This document shows positions 49,491-62,523 of a DNA stretch of 64,000 nt, piece after piece. Position 1 is the stretch's first letter, and each line of letters starts with the position of its first letter. Both the position numbers and the translations under genes were made by a program. Location of the stretch: assembly GCA_002269645.1 (NCBI GenBank), contig NIVC01001427.1, forward strand, positions 62,001-126,000. The letters run 5' to 3'. Under the pieces are notes generated by a model. It did no database searches. It saw only the letters and a program-made list of their open reading frames with translations, and had not been told where the DNA came from. This DNA is from Macrostomum lignano. Taxonomy: Eukaryota.

Positions 49491-52400
49491 TTGTCTTCAA
49501 CTCATCATCGTTTTTTCTTTACCATCTCTTCTCTGATCTCAACCAAAATCTCATCCTCTTTTCTTTTACGATTGCTGCCTCGGTAAATCTGATGCCGTGC
49601 ACACAGCTCCGGTGCTAGCTAAAGACAGTAAAGTCTGTACTGTGCGATGCTTATGTAATTACAGCTCTCACTCGAGTATGATTGATGCTCCTGCACTGAC
49701 TTGTAGTGTTTCTTGCCAGCCAGCAAGTGTATATTTATTGGGCCCTTAGTTTCGCATATCGCATCATTATGGATTGGCCCAGTTGGTTGCGGCAATATTA
49801 TTAATCACCAGTGTCAGTCGCTGCACGCAATCTCTGGCCGAGTCAAGTTCGAGTATGCTTGTAGTTTTATTTCGGACTGTTTCTCAGTGAAATTTAATTC
49901 GGGTTTGTGGATCAGATCTAGATAAAATGTCAGATGAAGCTCGAAAGTTTCGCATTTTGCGTGCCATTTTAGCGAGTCTGAGCCGCTTTAGCCCGTGAGC
50001 TGATCCCTTCTGTGCTCGGCCGAATTGGGAACAGCTTATTTCTGCACTTTTATCCCCCCTTTGAGGATTCTGTTCTGCATTGCCAGCTGAACTGACAGCT
50101 GCCGGAATATATTGCGGGGTCGGCCGGCTGGCCTTGAGCAGTACCCCCCCCCCTGCTGCTGCTTGCCTTGCTCAAACCCCCCCCCCCCCGGATACAGCAT
50201 CACTAGCTGCCTTTTCCTCCAGTTTATCTATACAGAGGGCCTGTGCTCCCAGCTCTGCCCTGCCATGTGCTCTTCTGTATCTCCTTCGCGCAGTCTCGCT
50301 CTAGGCCGCATCATCATGCTATGCTCAACCCAGCTGTCTGGTAACTGTGCGCACAGACCAACCACCCTCCCCATCAGCCCCAGTCCGTCTGGTCCGCGCT
50401 TTCCCTTCCATTTCTCCATCGTCTGCTGGAGTAATTTCCCCTGTTGGGGGATTATTTTACAATGCATGAATGGCGGGCGGTGGGGTGAGAGTTCGTAGTC
50501 CCAAACTGCCGAGAAGAGGTTCGGGATTCATAGATGGCGGGTCGGAGGGGGATTCCTCTGGGTTAAAATGCCCCCTCCAGTGGCTTCGTTGGACTTTATG
50601 GGATTTTCTGCACTGGGCCAGACGTACTTTTGATTCCCGATCCAGATCGTGTGTTTTGGTAGTTTTTTTATTGCCTGCATTACCTATGCCCTTCCGTGTG
50701 CAGTTGAAGGACGTGCTACTTTTGACTCTTGGATTTCTTTTCGCTAAAGCATAAAGGGTTTTCATTTTTTGTGCTACAAAACAATAAAAGGAGGGTTACG
50801 TAACTGGGGATTGAGAATATGGCCTCTCTAATGCCTTTGCGCAGGAGTTCAGGTGGCCGACAAGAGTTTTAGTTTGATCGGAGAGCCCTTGCACCCTCGG
50901 GGTCATGCCAGTTCATGGTGGCGCAGTTGTTTCCGAATTAAACTCAATTGACATTTTCTCTTGAGTTTAGCCTCAAGGCTTCTCACTCGACAGACAGTGT
51001 TAAGCATTGCGCGGCGCACGCTAGCTTAGTCAAGGCTTAATCCCTTTGCTCTGAGGCTTGTGTGATTCACACAGGGCCGGCTCAGGCTCAGTAAGGGATA
51101 AATGCGGTACTGGGCGGCAAAGTGCGCAGTCCCGGGCTGCGGCCCGTACCACTATGAAGCCTTATTTTTGGAATCCAGACCAGATGAGGCATCGCATGTG
51201 AGGAGCCGACTTTAGCCCGGCTTAGCCTGCCTCAGTCTGCCCGAGTGCGATCGACCGTCATCCTCTGGTCTGCGTATCAGCTGACTTGTGTTTGTTTGTG
51301 CGCTGGGTGGAGTGGAGGGGTCGGAGTCGGGCTGATAGCAGCCGCCCCCCTCCTCCCCGACTTCTCCCCTCCGCGCCCCATTCGTGCGCTCTTTTCCTTC
51401 CCCATAATTTCTGTGCTTCTCCTTCCGTTCCGTCTCTGTTCCAAGCAGCCGCGCCGCGGCGGGGAGACGGGGCCGCTGTGTGAGTCATATAGTCGTCAAT
51501 TGGGGATGAAGTAGGGCAGTAGGGAAGGGGGGGGTTTAGAGTGGGAAAAATAAGCCCGAGGCATGGAGACCGGGAACAAGAACCTGGTGTAACAACTCTC
51601 CTCTCCTCATTTTTAAATCTGAATTTGTTCAGAGTTAAAATGAGACCAAGTTCTGAAACGAAAGTCGGTTGAACCAAATCAAATCTCAAAAGCTCGACCT
51701 ATCTAATGGTGTGCAAACTGAGTCTGCCAGACTCTGGTGCTGAGTCTCCCTGGCCGAGGGGAAGGGGACCGACTTTGCTTTGTGCACGCCGCAGAGGATA
51801 TCCTGCCGGCAGTAAAACTGTAAATCTGATTGGAGCGGGACGGAGTCTCAGATAATATCAGAGCAAAGGTTGTGAGTGCTATTTTTATATTACAAGAAGC
51901 TGACTGTCAAGCCAAGCGGCAGCTCAACAAGAGTCTAAATAGCAGCATTGGCTTATTGGATTTGCCAGTTAGGGCGCTGAGCGCTCCTGTCCGCCCCTCC
52001 CTGCCACTAATTGGGGCTTCGAGGTCCGGAATGAAACGAACCTGTCAATTAGGCTGCTGCTCCTTTGCATTCACCGTCCTGTCCCTTGGGACAGAGCCTT
52101 ATGACTTCCTATCAGCTTGGGTCTCCATCGACTCTCTAACTTAAGTGACCTCTCCAGCTTCTTCTTGAGTTATTGTGAAGCCGTCCGGCTTTTAGATGAG
52201 CCAATGATGATAAGAGTGTACTTATATCCATTCATTTTGCCGTGCTAAAACTTCAAGTCTGGCAGTCTGCCAAAAAATTGGAACGAAAAACTTTGCTACC
52301 GCAGTTAAATAATTTAAATAGAAAGTTCATCGACTGGATTGAGCGATTGATTTCACCTCTGCTGCGGCAGTGTCCATCATCGTGTGGCAGATTTTAGTGG

Positions 52401-52724
52401 AGACAACGCGCTCTGAGCATGACTAGGAAACTGCTAGGGTGGGACGGAATCCCTCTTAATCTCGACTCGACCTCTGTGCTCGCTTTCCTTCATCTTGTCC
52501 TCTGCATCTTCTTCCCCACTCGGCCACGCCTCAGGCGCGCTCCGGTGCAGAGCAATTTGGCAACGAGCCAAGAATCTCCGATAGCTGGATTTGCACTCAC
52601 GCGATAGGCTTGGCGGTTCGGTTTTTCTCCAAAGTTCAATGTCCGAGTTCAACTTGAGTTTCTATGCTCTGAGGAGTCAAAAGTTTTGATCATATTATGA
52701 TCATATATGCCTTCCAGATCTAGG

Positions 52725-53010
52725 GTCTGAAGGGTCTGGGGAGCCAGCGGCACCATCTGAAGGGTCTGGGGAGACAGCGATACCATCTGAAGGGTCTGGG
52801 GAGACAGCGGCGCCATCTGAAGGGTCTGGGGAGACAGCGGCGTCATTTGAAGGGTCTGGGGAGACAGCGGCACCATCTGAAGGGTCTGGGGAGGCAGTTG
52901 CACCATTTGAAGAGTCTGGGGAGACAGCGGCACCATCTGAAGGGTCTGGGGAGCCAGCTGCACCATCTGAAGGGTCTGGGAGACAGCGGCGTCATCTGAA
53001 GGGTCTGGGG
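52725..53010. repeat. 30-bp minisatellite
   Basis: GGAGACAGCGGCACCATCTGAAGGGTCTGG, about 9 units. Confidence 0.92.
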
Positions 53011-53669
53011 GGCAGCGGAAAAAGCAATTAAAAAATATATTAGCCAGATCATAATTATAGAAGTCGCTAATTCTTTGGGTGGACCAGAAACCGCTAAAAG
53101 CAGTTAACTAAACGCACTCAAATATGCTTTTAGTTTCCGCTCCGCTTTCAACTCTCAATTCAACGGTGCATTTTCGGCCAGTGCTTTGAAGTGTTTCCTG
53201 GATTGGGGAGTGAGGAGGCCAGGAACCAGGCCTAAGCAATTTGTCAGCTCAGTGTGACTGGCAATTGGGTGCAGTAAAATAATATAATATTTGGGGCAAT
53301 TAATGCGCAGTCTAGCGCCTGCGTCAGAGCTGCTTGAGTGCGTCTCTTGTGTTTGCATCTGTGCCCCCCCCCAGACGGCTAGCTCTGGCTGCGGTGCACT
53401 CATGGCCATTCGCAACACTTGCTTCTTGGCCTGCAGGCTTTGCAGAAAACTTTTCGCCTTTCGCTGTATTCCGGAGCTTCTGCGTCTCAGATAAACTGTT
53501 TTCTTTAACTAATTTTCTATTTCATGGTCTTATTGTCGTAGAGGGACCCAGATGAACTAGCAAAATATTAATATCGATTTTCTGTTGATTTTAGCTACTA
53601 TATGCTTTTATTTATTGTCTGTCTGTGCCCCAGGACCTCCGGATCAGTCTCTTTGAATCCCTACCACGG

Positions 53670-54380
53670 TAACCGTCCCTGCATCCCAACCTCCCCACAG
53701 TAGCTTCTCTGCATCCCACCCTCCCCTCAGTAGCCTCCCTGCATCCCACCCTCCCCTCAGTAGCCTCCCTGCATCCCACCCTCCCCACAGTAGCTTCCCT
53801 GCATCCCACCCTCCCCACAGTAGCTTCTCTGCATCCCACCCTCCCCTCAGTAGCCTCCCTGCATCCCAACCTCCCCACAGTAGCCTCCCTGCATCCCACC
53901 CTCCCCACAGTAGCTTCTCTGCATCCCACCCTCCCCACAGTACCCGTCCCTGCATCCCACCCTCCCCACAGTACCCGTCCCTGCATCCCAACCTCCCCAC
54001 AGTAGCTTCTCTGCATCCCACCCTCCCCTCAGTAGCCTCCCTGCATCCCACCCTCCCCTCAGTAGCCTCTCTGCATCCCACCCTCCCCACAGTAGCCTCC
54101 CTGCATCCCACCCTCCCCACAGTACCCGTCCCTGCATCCCATCCTCCCCACAGTACCCGTCCCTGCATCCCACCCTCCCCACAGTACCCGTCCCTGCATC
54201 CCACCCTCCCCACAGTACCCGTCCCTGCATCCCACCCTCCCCACAGTACCCGTCCCTGCATCCCACCCTCCCCACAGTACCCGTCCCTGCATCCCACCCT
54301 CCCCACAGTACCCGTCCCTGCATCCCACCCTCCCCACAGTACCCGTCCCTGCATCCCACCTTCCCCACAGTACCCTCTGC
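53670..54380. repeat. 30/31-bp C-rich minisatellite
   Basis: CAGTAGCCTCCCTGCATCCCACCCTCCCCA and variant CAGTACCCGTCCCTGCATCCCACCCTCCCCA. Confidence 0.93.
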
Positions 54381-54617
54381 CACACCCGCCCTGCATCCTA
54401 TGATTCCCTATCCCAGTTGCAGTACCCAGAAGCACCCAACAGTTCAGCCAGCGATTCTCCCCCTGCAGTTTGCAGCCCAGCCCGCACCGCAAGCACCAGC
54501 AGCTCTGACACTCCCTGACACCCCGGCAGCAGCACCCGAATGACCGGTCGGCACTGATCGTTGGGCCGCCATCCGCACAGGCTATTAAATGTCCCACACG
54601 GCAGTGCAGCCGTCCAC

Positions 54618-54825
54618 ATGGAGAAGCCGCCACATCCGCAGCAGCAGCAGCAGCTGTTAACTGGGGCCGTCAGTTTGCGCTCAAAGAAGCCCGCCGGTCC
54701 CGCCGGCCGTTTCGCCGACTCGGGTGCCGCCGCCGCGGCCGCAGCGGCCGCTGTCGCCGCAGCCCAGGATCGGGGAGTGTCTTGCAAGAGCATCGTTTCG
54801 TTGAATAACTGGACTGATTTTTTCG
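54618..54825 (+). CDS. Candidate first coding exon of the downstream RhoGEF
   Basis: ATG at 54618, GC3-rich MEKPPHPQQQQQ..AAAAAAAA..NNWTDFF, donor G|GTGAGA at 54826. Its phase 1 matches the acceptor CTGCAG| at 61308. The link is inferred only from phase compatibility. Confidence 0.35.
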
Positions 54826-54889
54826 GTGAGAATGGTGTGCTTAACTTAGGGCTTTATTGGTTTCTGTTAAGCCTTTACCTCTTAATCGC

Positions 54890-55300
54890 CTCTTAGCATC
54901 ATCAAGAATCGCCCCTTAGCATCATCATGAATCGTCTCTTAAAATAATGAAAAATCGCCCCTTAGCATCATCAAGAATCGCCCATTAGCATCATTAAGAA
55001 TCACTCCTTATCATCATCGTCATCATCATCATCATCATGAATCACCCTTAGCATCATCAAGAATCGCCCATTAGCATCATTAAGAATCACTCCTTATCAT
55101 CATCGTCATCATCATCATCATCATGAATCACCCTTAGCATCATCAAGAATCGCCCATTAGCATCATTAAGAATCACTCCTTATCATCATCGTCATCATCA
55201 TCATCATGAATCACCCTTAGCATCATCAAGAATCTCCCCTTAGCATCGTCAAGAATCGCCCCTTAGCATCGTCAAGAATCTCCCCTTAGCATAATCAAGA
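54890..55300. repeat. Compound repeat: about 22-bp CCCTTAGCATCATCAAGAATCG units with (CAT)n in a larger triplicated block
   Basis: Direct reading of tandem units. Confidence 0.88.
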
Positions 55301-55844
55301 GTCGCCATGCCCACGAGAATCGCCATTCACCTTCAAATGTTCACCTCACGGTGCAGTCAGTCTCTATTTACTTACACCAGTTCGTTCGCTGGTCTGAAAT
55401 CGGCTAAGGACACAGTGAACTTGCAACTTAGCATCTGTATATCACGGGTGCTGCACCGCAGTGGCTTCAGCTTACATAATATGAGATATGAGAGCGGGAC
55501 TGACTCATACCACACAGACAGGCAAACTCGAACATCTACTGGTAGCACAGTGTGTGTCACTCAGCCAGCCAGCCAGCCAGCCAGCCGTTACCGCGCATTG
55601 CGCAAAAGTGCACCGGAATGACTCACTCTAAGTGTTCGAGGCCAGTTCCTTCCTGGCACCTACGCATGTGTTGGGGAGAAGGGAGCGCGACTGTGGAATA
55701 TAATTGGCACTCTGCCCCGTGCTTATTGTTGAACTGCTCAAATCAACTTCTAGATATAGAAGACTTTTCTAAATTTATCTGACCTGACTTAAAACTATCA
55801 GAATCATTAGCGGTATATCATATCAACTACTTAGCAACAAATAG

Positions 55845-56460
55845 AATACTGTAATTACTGGATACTGTAATATAGTGTACTGTAATTACTGGATACTGTA
55901 ATATAGTGTACTGTAATTACTGGATACTGTAATATAGTGTACTGTAATTAATGGATACTGTAATATAGTGTACTGTAATTAATGGATACTGTAATATATT
56001 GTGCTGTAATTACTGGATACTGTAATATAGTGTGCTGTAATTAATGGATACTGTAATATAGTGTACTGTAATTACTGGATACTGTAATATAGTGTACTGT
56101 AATTAATGGATACTGTAATATAGTGTACTGTAATTACTGGATACTGTAATATTGTGTACTGTAATTAATGGATACTGTAATATTGTGTACTGTAATTAAT
56201 GGATACTGTAATATAGTGTACTGTAATTACTGGATACTGTAATATAGTGTACTGTAATTAATGGATACTGTAATATAGTGTACTGTAATTACTGGATACT
56301 GTAATATAGTGTACTGTAATTACTGGATACTGTAATATTGTGTACTGTAATTAATGGATACTGTAATATAGTGTACTGTAATTAATGGATACTGTAATAT
56401 ATTGTGCTGTAATTACTGGATACTGTAATATAGTGTACTGTAATTACTGGATACTGTAAT
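55845..56460. repeat. 31-bp AT-rich minisatellite
   Basis: TACTGTAATTACTGGATACTGTAATATAGTG, itself a dimer of TACTGTAAT-initiated halves. Confidence 0.95.
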
Positions 56461-56854
56461 ACGAACGTATTGGATGCTATAATGAGCTTCGGAGAGCTAG
56501 ATAAGGACATCAGCTCCTCTCTCTCTTATTCCCCATCTCAAAGCGCAGTTAAGCAGGAGGCGCCAGTCAGCCCAGAAACTTGTGTGCTCAAGTTGAGTTG
56601 GCTGGCGGTTGGGCGAGCTGGAGGGCAGAGAGGGGAAGCCAAGGCTGGGGAGTTTCGGGAGTTAAACAAAATCTAATTCGGTCGGGCCTCTGTCAGTTCA
56701 ACTAATGGAGCTGCAATTTTTTGCTGGGTTTATTCGCATGCGGCGAATTCGCTACTGGCTACTGGCCAAACTGTCATCAGTAGACAGTGCAGTGTTTTCA
56801 TCTCTTCAGCTGCTTTGGCATAGGGGAGGCAAGAGGACACTGCGAAGAAATCTG

Positions 56855-59250
56855 GGAGGAGAGGGAAGCTGTAGGGAGAGGAGAGGGAAGCTGTAGGGAG
56901 AGGAGAGGGAAGCTGTAGGGAGAGGAGAGGGAAGCTGTAGGGAGAGGAGAGGGAAGCTGTAGGGAGAGGAGAGGGAAGCTGTAGGGAGAGGAGAGGGAAG
57001 CTGTAGGGAGAGGAGAGGGAAGCTGTAGGGAGAGGAGAGGGAAGCTGTAGGGAGAGGAGAGGGAAGCTGTAGGGAGAGGAGAGGGAAGCTGTAGGGAGAG
57101 GAGAGGGAAGCTGTAGGGAGAGGAGAGGGAAGCTGTAGGGAGAGGAGAGGGAAGCTGTAGGGAGAGGAGAGGGAAGCTGTAGGGAGAGGAGAGGGAAGCT
57201 GTAGGGAGAGGAGAGGGAAGCCGTAGGGTGAGGAGAGGGAAGCTGTAGGGAGAGGAGAGGGAAGCTGTAGCGAGAGGAGAGGGAAGCTGTAGGGAGAGGA
57301 GAGGGAAGCTGTAGGGAGAGGAGAGGGAAGCTGTAGGGAGAGGAGAGGGAAGCTGTAGGGAGAGGAGAGGGAAGCTGTAGGAAGAGGAGAGGGAAGCTGT
57401 AGGGAGAGGAGAGGGAAGCTGTAGGGAGAGGAGAGGGAAGCTGTAGGGAGAGGAGAGGGAAGCTGTAGGGAGAGGAGAGGGAAGCTGTAGGGAGAGGAGA
57501 GGGAAGCTGTAGGGAGAGGAGAGGGAAGCTGTAGGGAGAGGAGAGGGAAGCTGTAGGGAGAGGAGAGGGAAGCTGTAGGGAGAGGAGAGGGAAGCTGTAG
57601 GGAGAGGAGAGGGAAGCTGTAGGGAGAGGAGAGGGAAGCTGTAGGGAGAGAAGAGGGAAGCTGTAGGGAGAGGAGAGGGAAGCTGTAGGGAGAGGAGAGG
57701 GAAGCTGTAGGGAGAGAAGAGGGAAGCTGTAGGGAGAGGAGAGGGAAGCTGTAGGGAGAGGAGAGGGAAGCTGTAGGGAGAGGAGAGGGAAGCTGTAGGG
57801 AGAGGAGAGGGAAGCTGTAGGGAGAGAAGAGGGAAGCTGTAGGGAGAGGAGAGGGAAGCTGTAGGGAGAGGAGAGGGAAGCTGTAGGGAGAGGAGAGGGA
57901 AGCTGTAGGGAGAGAAGAGGGAAGCTGTCGGGAGAGGAGAGGGAAGCTGTAGGGAGAGGAGAGGGAAGCCGTAGGGTGAGGAGAGGGAAGCTGTAGGGAG
58001 AGGAGAGGGAAGCTGTAGCGAGAGGAGAGGGAAGCTGTAGGGAGAGGAGAGGGAAGCTGTAGGGAGAGGAGAGGGAAGCTGTAGGGAGAGGAGAGGGAAG
58101 CTGTAGGGAGAGGAGAGGGAAGCTGTAGGAAGAGGAGAGGGAAGCTGTAGGGAGAGGAGAGGGAAGCTGTAGGGAGAGGAGAGGGAAGCTGTAGGGAGAG
58201 GAGAGGGAAGCTGTAGGGAGAGGAGAGGGAAGCTGTAGGGAGAGGAGAGGGAAGCTGTAGGGAGAGGAGAGGGAAGCTGTAGGGAGAGGAGAGGGAAGCT
58301 GTAGGGAGAGGAGAGGGAAGCTGTAGGGAGAGGAGAGGGAAGCTGTAGGGAGAGGAGAGGGAAGCTGTAGGGAGAGGAGAGGGAAGCTGTAGGGAGAGAA
58401 GAGGGAAGCTGTAGGGAGAGGAGAGGGAAGCTGTAGGGAGAGGAGAGGGAAGCTGTAGGGAGAGAAGAGGGAAGCTGTAGGGAGAGGAGAGGGAAGCTGT
58501 AGGGAGAGGAGAGGGAAGCTGTAGGGAGAGGAGAGGGAAGCTGTAGGGAGAGGAGAGGGAAGCTGTAGGGAGAGAAGAGGGAAGCTGTAGGGAGAGGAGA
58601 GGGAAGCTGTAGGGAGAGGAGAGGGAAGCTGTAGGGAGAGGAGAGGGAAGCTGTAGGGAGAGAAGAGGGAAGCTGTCGGGAGAGGAGAGGGAAGCTGTAG
58701 GGAGAGGAGAGGGAAGCTGTAGCGAGAGGAGAGGGAAGCTGTAGCGAGAGGAGAGGGAAGCTGTAGCGAGAGGAGAGGGAAGCTGTAGGGAGAGAAGAGG
58801 GAAGCTGTAGGGAGAGGAGAGGGAAGCTGTAGGGAGAGGAGAGGGAAGCTGTAGGGAGAGGAGAGGGAAGCTGTAGGGAGAGAAGAGGGAAGCTGTCGGG
58901 AGAGGAGAGGGAAGCTGTAGGGAGAGGAGAGGGAAGCTGTAGCGAGAGGAGAGGGAAGCTGTAGCGAGAGGAGAGGGAAGCTGTAGGGAGAGAAGAGGGA
59001 AGCTGTAGGGAGAGGAGAGGGAAGCTGTAGGGAGAGGAGAGGGAAGCTGTAGGAAGAGAAGAGGGAAGCTGTAGGGAGGGAAGAGGGAAGCTGTAGGGAT
59101 AGGAGAGGGAAGCTGTAGGGAGAGAAGAGGGAAGCTGTAGGGAGAGAAGAGGGAAGCTGTAGGGAGAGAAGAGGGAAGCTGTAGGGAGAGAAGAGGGAAG
59201 CTGTAGGGAGAGAAGAGGGAAGCTGTAGGGAGAGCAGAGGGAAGCTGTAG
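56855..59250. repeat. 22-bp purine-rich minisatellite, about 2.4 kb
   Basis: GGGAAGCTGTAGGGAGAGGAGA, over 100 units; generates the false 984-aa and 857-aa ORFs. Confidence 0.98.
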
Positions 59251-59894
59251 GGAGAAGTTGGCAGTCCAGGTTCTCGGTTCCAGGTGTCCTTGTGCAGAGC
59301 TACAATATACAGCAGTTGGGCACGTTGGCCGCGCGAAAATTTGCTCGCTAACTGGCTGGGCGACCCGCGCCTTTTCCATTCAGGCGCGGGCAATTCATTC
59401 ACAGCAGCCTGGGGCTTCGCCTGCCTTCCTGATCCCCAGTTGGCGGTCGAGGGAGGGAATGAGGAACGAGGACAAAGCCGCATTCCACTGCGGGGATTTT
59501 GTAGGGAAGAAGAGATGAGGGAGACTAGGGAAGTTCGGGAGCCGAGAGGCTTTTGGTGGGTGAAGATTTGCGGCTGGTGGCTTCTCTGCCAACCCATCCT
59601 CCTGGCGGCCAAGTGCTGCGCGGTACGAGCTGGTTGCTGTCTGGCTGTACGGTTGGCGGCATTTGGGCCGGCTGCCGCCTTCATATTGTGTATATATAAT
59701 GTGTGTTGCTGGCCCCTAGTCTAGTGCACAAAAGTGCAGCCAGGGCAATTCTAACTTGTGCAAGCTGAAGCTGCGATTTTGGAAAGATCTGCTAAAATCA
59801 ACATAGAAGAGATTTTTATCATCGAGTTAAAAACTTCACTCTGTAAACGGTGAGTGATCTTTTAAATATCGGTTTATATTGGTTTCATAGGCTG

Positions 59895-60365
59895 AGAGTA
59901 GAGAATAGAGGAGAGGTGAGGTGAGGAGATGAGGGAGGAGAGGTGAGAAGAGAGGAGAGAAGAGAAGAGAGGAGAAAGGAGAGCAGATGAGAGGAGAGGA
60001 GAGGAGAGAGGAGAGAGAACAGGAGAGGAGAGAAGAGAGGAGAGAGAACAGGAGAGGAGAGAAGAGATGAGAGAGAACAGGAGAGGAGAGAAGAGAGGAG
60101 AAAGGAGAGCAGATGAGAGGAGAGGAGAGAAGAGCGGAGAGAGAACAGGAGAGGAGAGAAGAGAGGAGAGAGAACAGGAGAGGAGAGAAGAGAGGAGAGA
60201 GAACAGGAGAGGAGAGAAGAGAGGAGAGAGAACAGGAGAGGAGAGAAGAGAGGAGAGAGAACAGGAGAGGAGAGAAGAGAGGAGAGAGAACAGGAGAGGA
60301 GAGAAGAGAGGAGAAAGGAGAGGAGAGAAGAGAGGAGAGGAGAGAGGAGAGGAGAGAGTTAGAGA
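59895..60365. repeat. GA-rich tandem repeat
   Basis: GAGAGGAGAGAAGAGAGGAGAGAGAACAG-type units. Confidence 0.93.
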
Positions 60366-60366
60366 G

Positions 60367-60600
60367 TAGGGGTTGTAGCCTAGTGGATAGAGCTGACTCA
60401 CGAATTGAAGGTCGGGGGTTCGATTCCCGATCCCACTGGAACAATTTGTGTCTTTGAGCAAGGTATTCAACACCGCATTACTTTAGTTCACCCAGCTATT
60501 AACTGGGTGCCAGCATTAGCTGGGGTAATTTGAGGGTGTGTGGCGACCCCCCAGTCCTTGGACTGAACAGCCGTACTCAGCCTTCAGATGCGCCACGCAA
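60367..60600 (+). mobile_element. tRNA-derived SINE
   Basis: A box TAGCCTAGTGG and B box GGTTCGATTCC, followed by TGTGTCTTTGAGCAAGG..CACCCAGCT..TGGGTGCC resembling conserved central SINE domains; anticodon arm is defective. Confidence 0.7.
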
Positions 60601-61308
60601 TAGCTGCGGCTGAGCTGTCTTGCCCCCCAGTTGAAGATATTCTTACGACTTTATCTATAAAGACCTGCTAATTTATTGCTCGATAGCGGGACGCATTTCT
60701 CATCTTTTGGCGCGTGTGCTGTGCAGAGAGAGAGAGAGCGCTCAGCAGATAAGCTCAACTCTGACGTCGGCACCTTTTCTGTGCTATTAATTAATTTTTC
60801 AGCGCCATCGAGTCTTCTGTACTCGGCTTGTCTGTGCTCTGTCCAGGGCTCATCGAATCCTCAGTTCCCGTCCTGCTTTCCAGGGCTAACATTCTCCCCT
60901 CCCCATATTAAAATCCTCGCTGTTCTCTATCTCCCTCTCGATCCTCTCCTCTTCTCGGCCTCTACCCAGTGCACTTGGCGTCTCGCTTCATTCCTCAGGC
61001 CTTCCTTTTCCTCCCCAGTTACGTAACCACCATGGCCGGCTTCCCCTCCCATGCATTCGGGTGCCGCCTGCCTCTAAAAACTGACGAGCTGCAAATCCTC
61101 TCTGGCCAGCGCCAGCTATGCAGCTTGGGGGGCCTCAGCGAATCCCGGGCATTGGCATTCTCCCCCAGATCCTCATTTTTTCTGCCATTTTTCCCTTCAA
61201 GCCCCGGCCCAGCGGGTCTGCAATCATTTTCTCGCTGTCCCGCTCAGCTCCGCAGTTGCTGAAGCAGATCGGAAACTACTATTGCCCGTCCCCCCCCCGC
61301 CGCTGCAG

Positions 61309-62084
61309 GGTCCTCTCTTGACCTCTCGTCCAACGTCCTGACCGAGTTCGACACCGCGGCCACCGAACCGTCGTCAGCCTCGCGAACCGTCGAAGGCGAA
61401 GGCGAAGGCGAAGAGGCCGACGACGAAGGCGAAGAAGACGAAGACGAGGAGGAGGAGGAGGACCTCGGCGACCTGCTCGATCCCACAGACGTGGTTGTGC
61501 TGACCAACCGGCAGATCATCGGTCGCAGGGCCTCCGCCAGTCTGGTCGGCGGCTCTTCTCGCCAGTCCCGCGCGTCGCCCTCAGCAACAGCGGCCAGCGC
61601 CGAGCAGCAGGCCGCAGCTGCCCAGCAGCAGAAGTCTTTCAGCCCGCAGCACACAGCTGCGCAGTCAGCCAGTCAGTCCTTTGTCGCCAGCCGCGGCTAT
61701 CAAACTCTGCCGGCGAGATCAAAGGCCCGGCAACCGCCGCCGCCGCCTCAGCAGCAGACGGCCGAGGCAACAGCGGAAGTTCAGTCCGCGGCTCTGAACA
61801 GCTCGCCCAGCCTGCCGCTGTCTGCCAGCCAGTGCGGTCCCAGCAGCCTGCGACAGGCGGCCTGCCCCATGCCGGCCTCCACTATGCAGGGCGCCGGCGG
61901 CTCCTCCTGCTCCCTGCCGGTGGGCAGCGGGCCAGGCGGCGGCTTCGACGGCGGCGGATCAGCCAATCCGACCGAGCCCTGGCAGAGGGTGGTGGCCGAG
62001 ATCGTCACCACCGAGGCCGCCTACGTTAAGGACCTGGCCGTGCTGGTTGATGTGAGTGGTGGCCGCTGATCGGGGCAGACACTA

Positions 62085-62117
<33 letters not shown>

Positions 62118-62239
62118 CAGACAGACAGACAGACAGACAGACACAGACAGACAGACAGACACAGACAGACAGACACAGACAGACAGACAGACAGACAGAC
62201 CAGACAGACAGACACAGACAGACAGGCAGGCAGGCAGAC

Positions 62240-62286
<47 letters not shown>

Positions 62287-62309
62287 GGCAGGCAGGCAGG
62301 CAGACAGAC

Positions 62310-62343
<34 letters not shown>

Positions 62344-62466
62344 CAGACAGACAGACACAGACAGACAGCAGACAGAACAGACAGACAGACACAGACAGAC
62401 AGCAGACAGAACAGACAGACAGACAGACAGACACAGACAGACAGGCAGACAGACAGACAGGCAGGC

Positions 62467-62523
<57 letters not shown>

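Noticed and set aside
47600-52600. Short GC-rich ORFs in this interval
   Set aside because: No domain motifs, splice-consistent chains or codon bias; probably regulatory or intergenic DNA.
53612-54633. Long GW/GC-rich ORFs (GGWDAG, RVGCRE)
   Set aside because: Translations of the 30/31-bp minisatellite.
56730-59684. 984-aa and 857-aa ORFs (SLSSPYSFPLLSLQLPSPLPTA repeats)
   Set aside because: Stop-free translations of the 22-bp satellite in several frames; no unique coding context.
60367-60440. tRNA gene
   Set aside because: A/B boxes and acceptor pairing are present, but the D and anticodon arms are defective and a SINE body follows.
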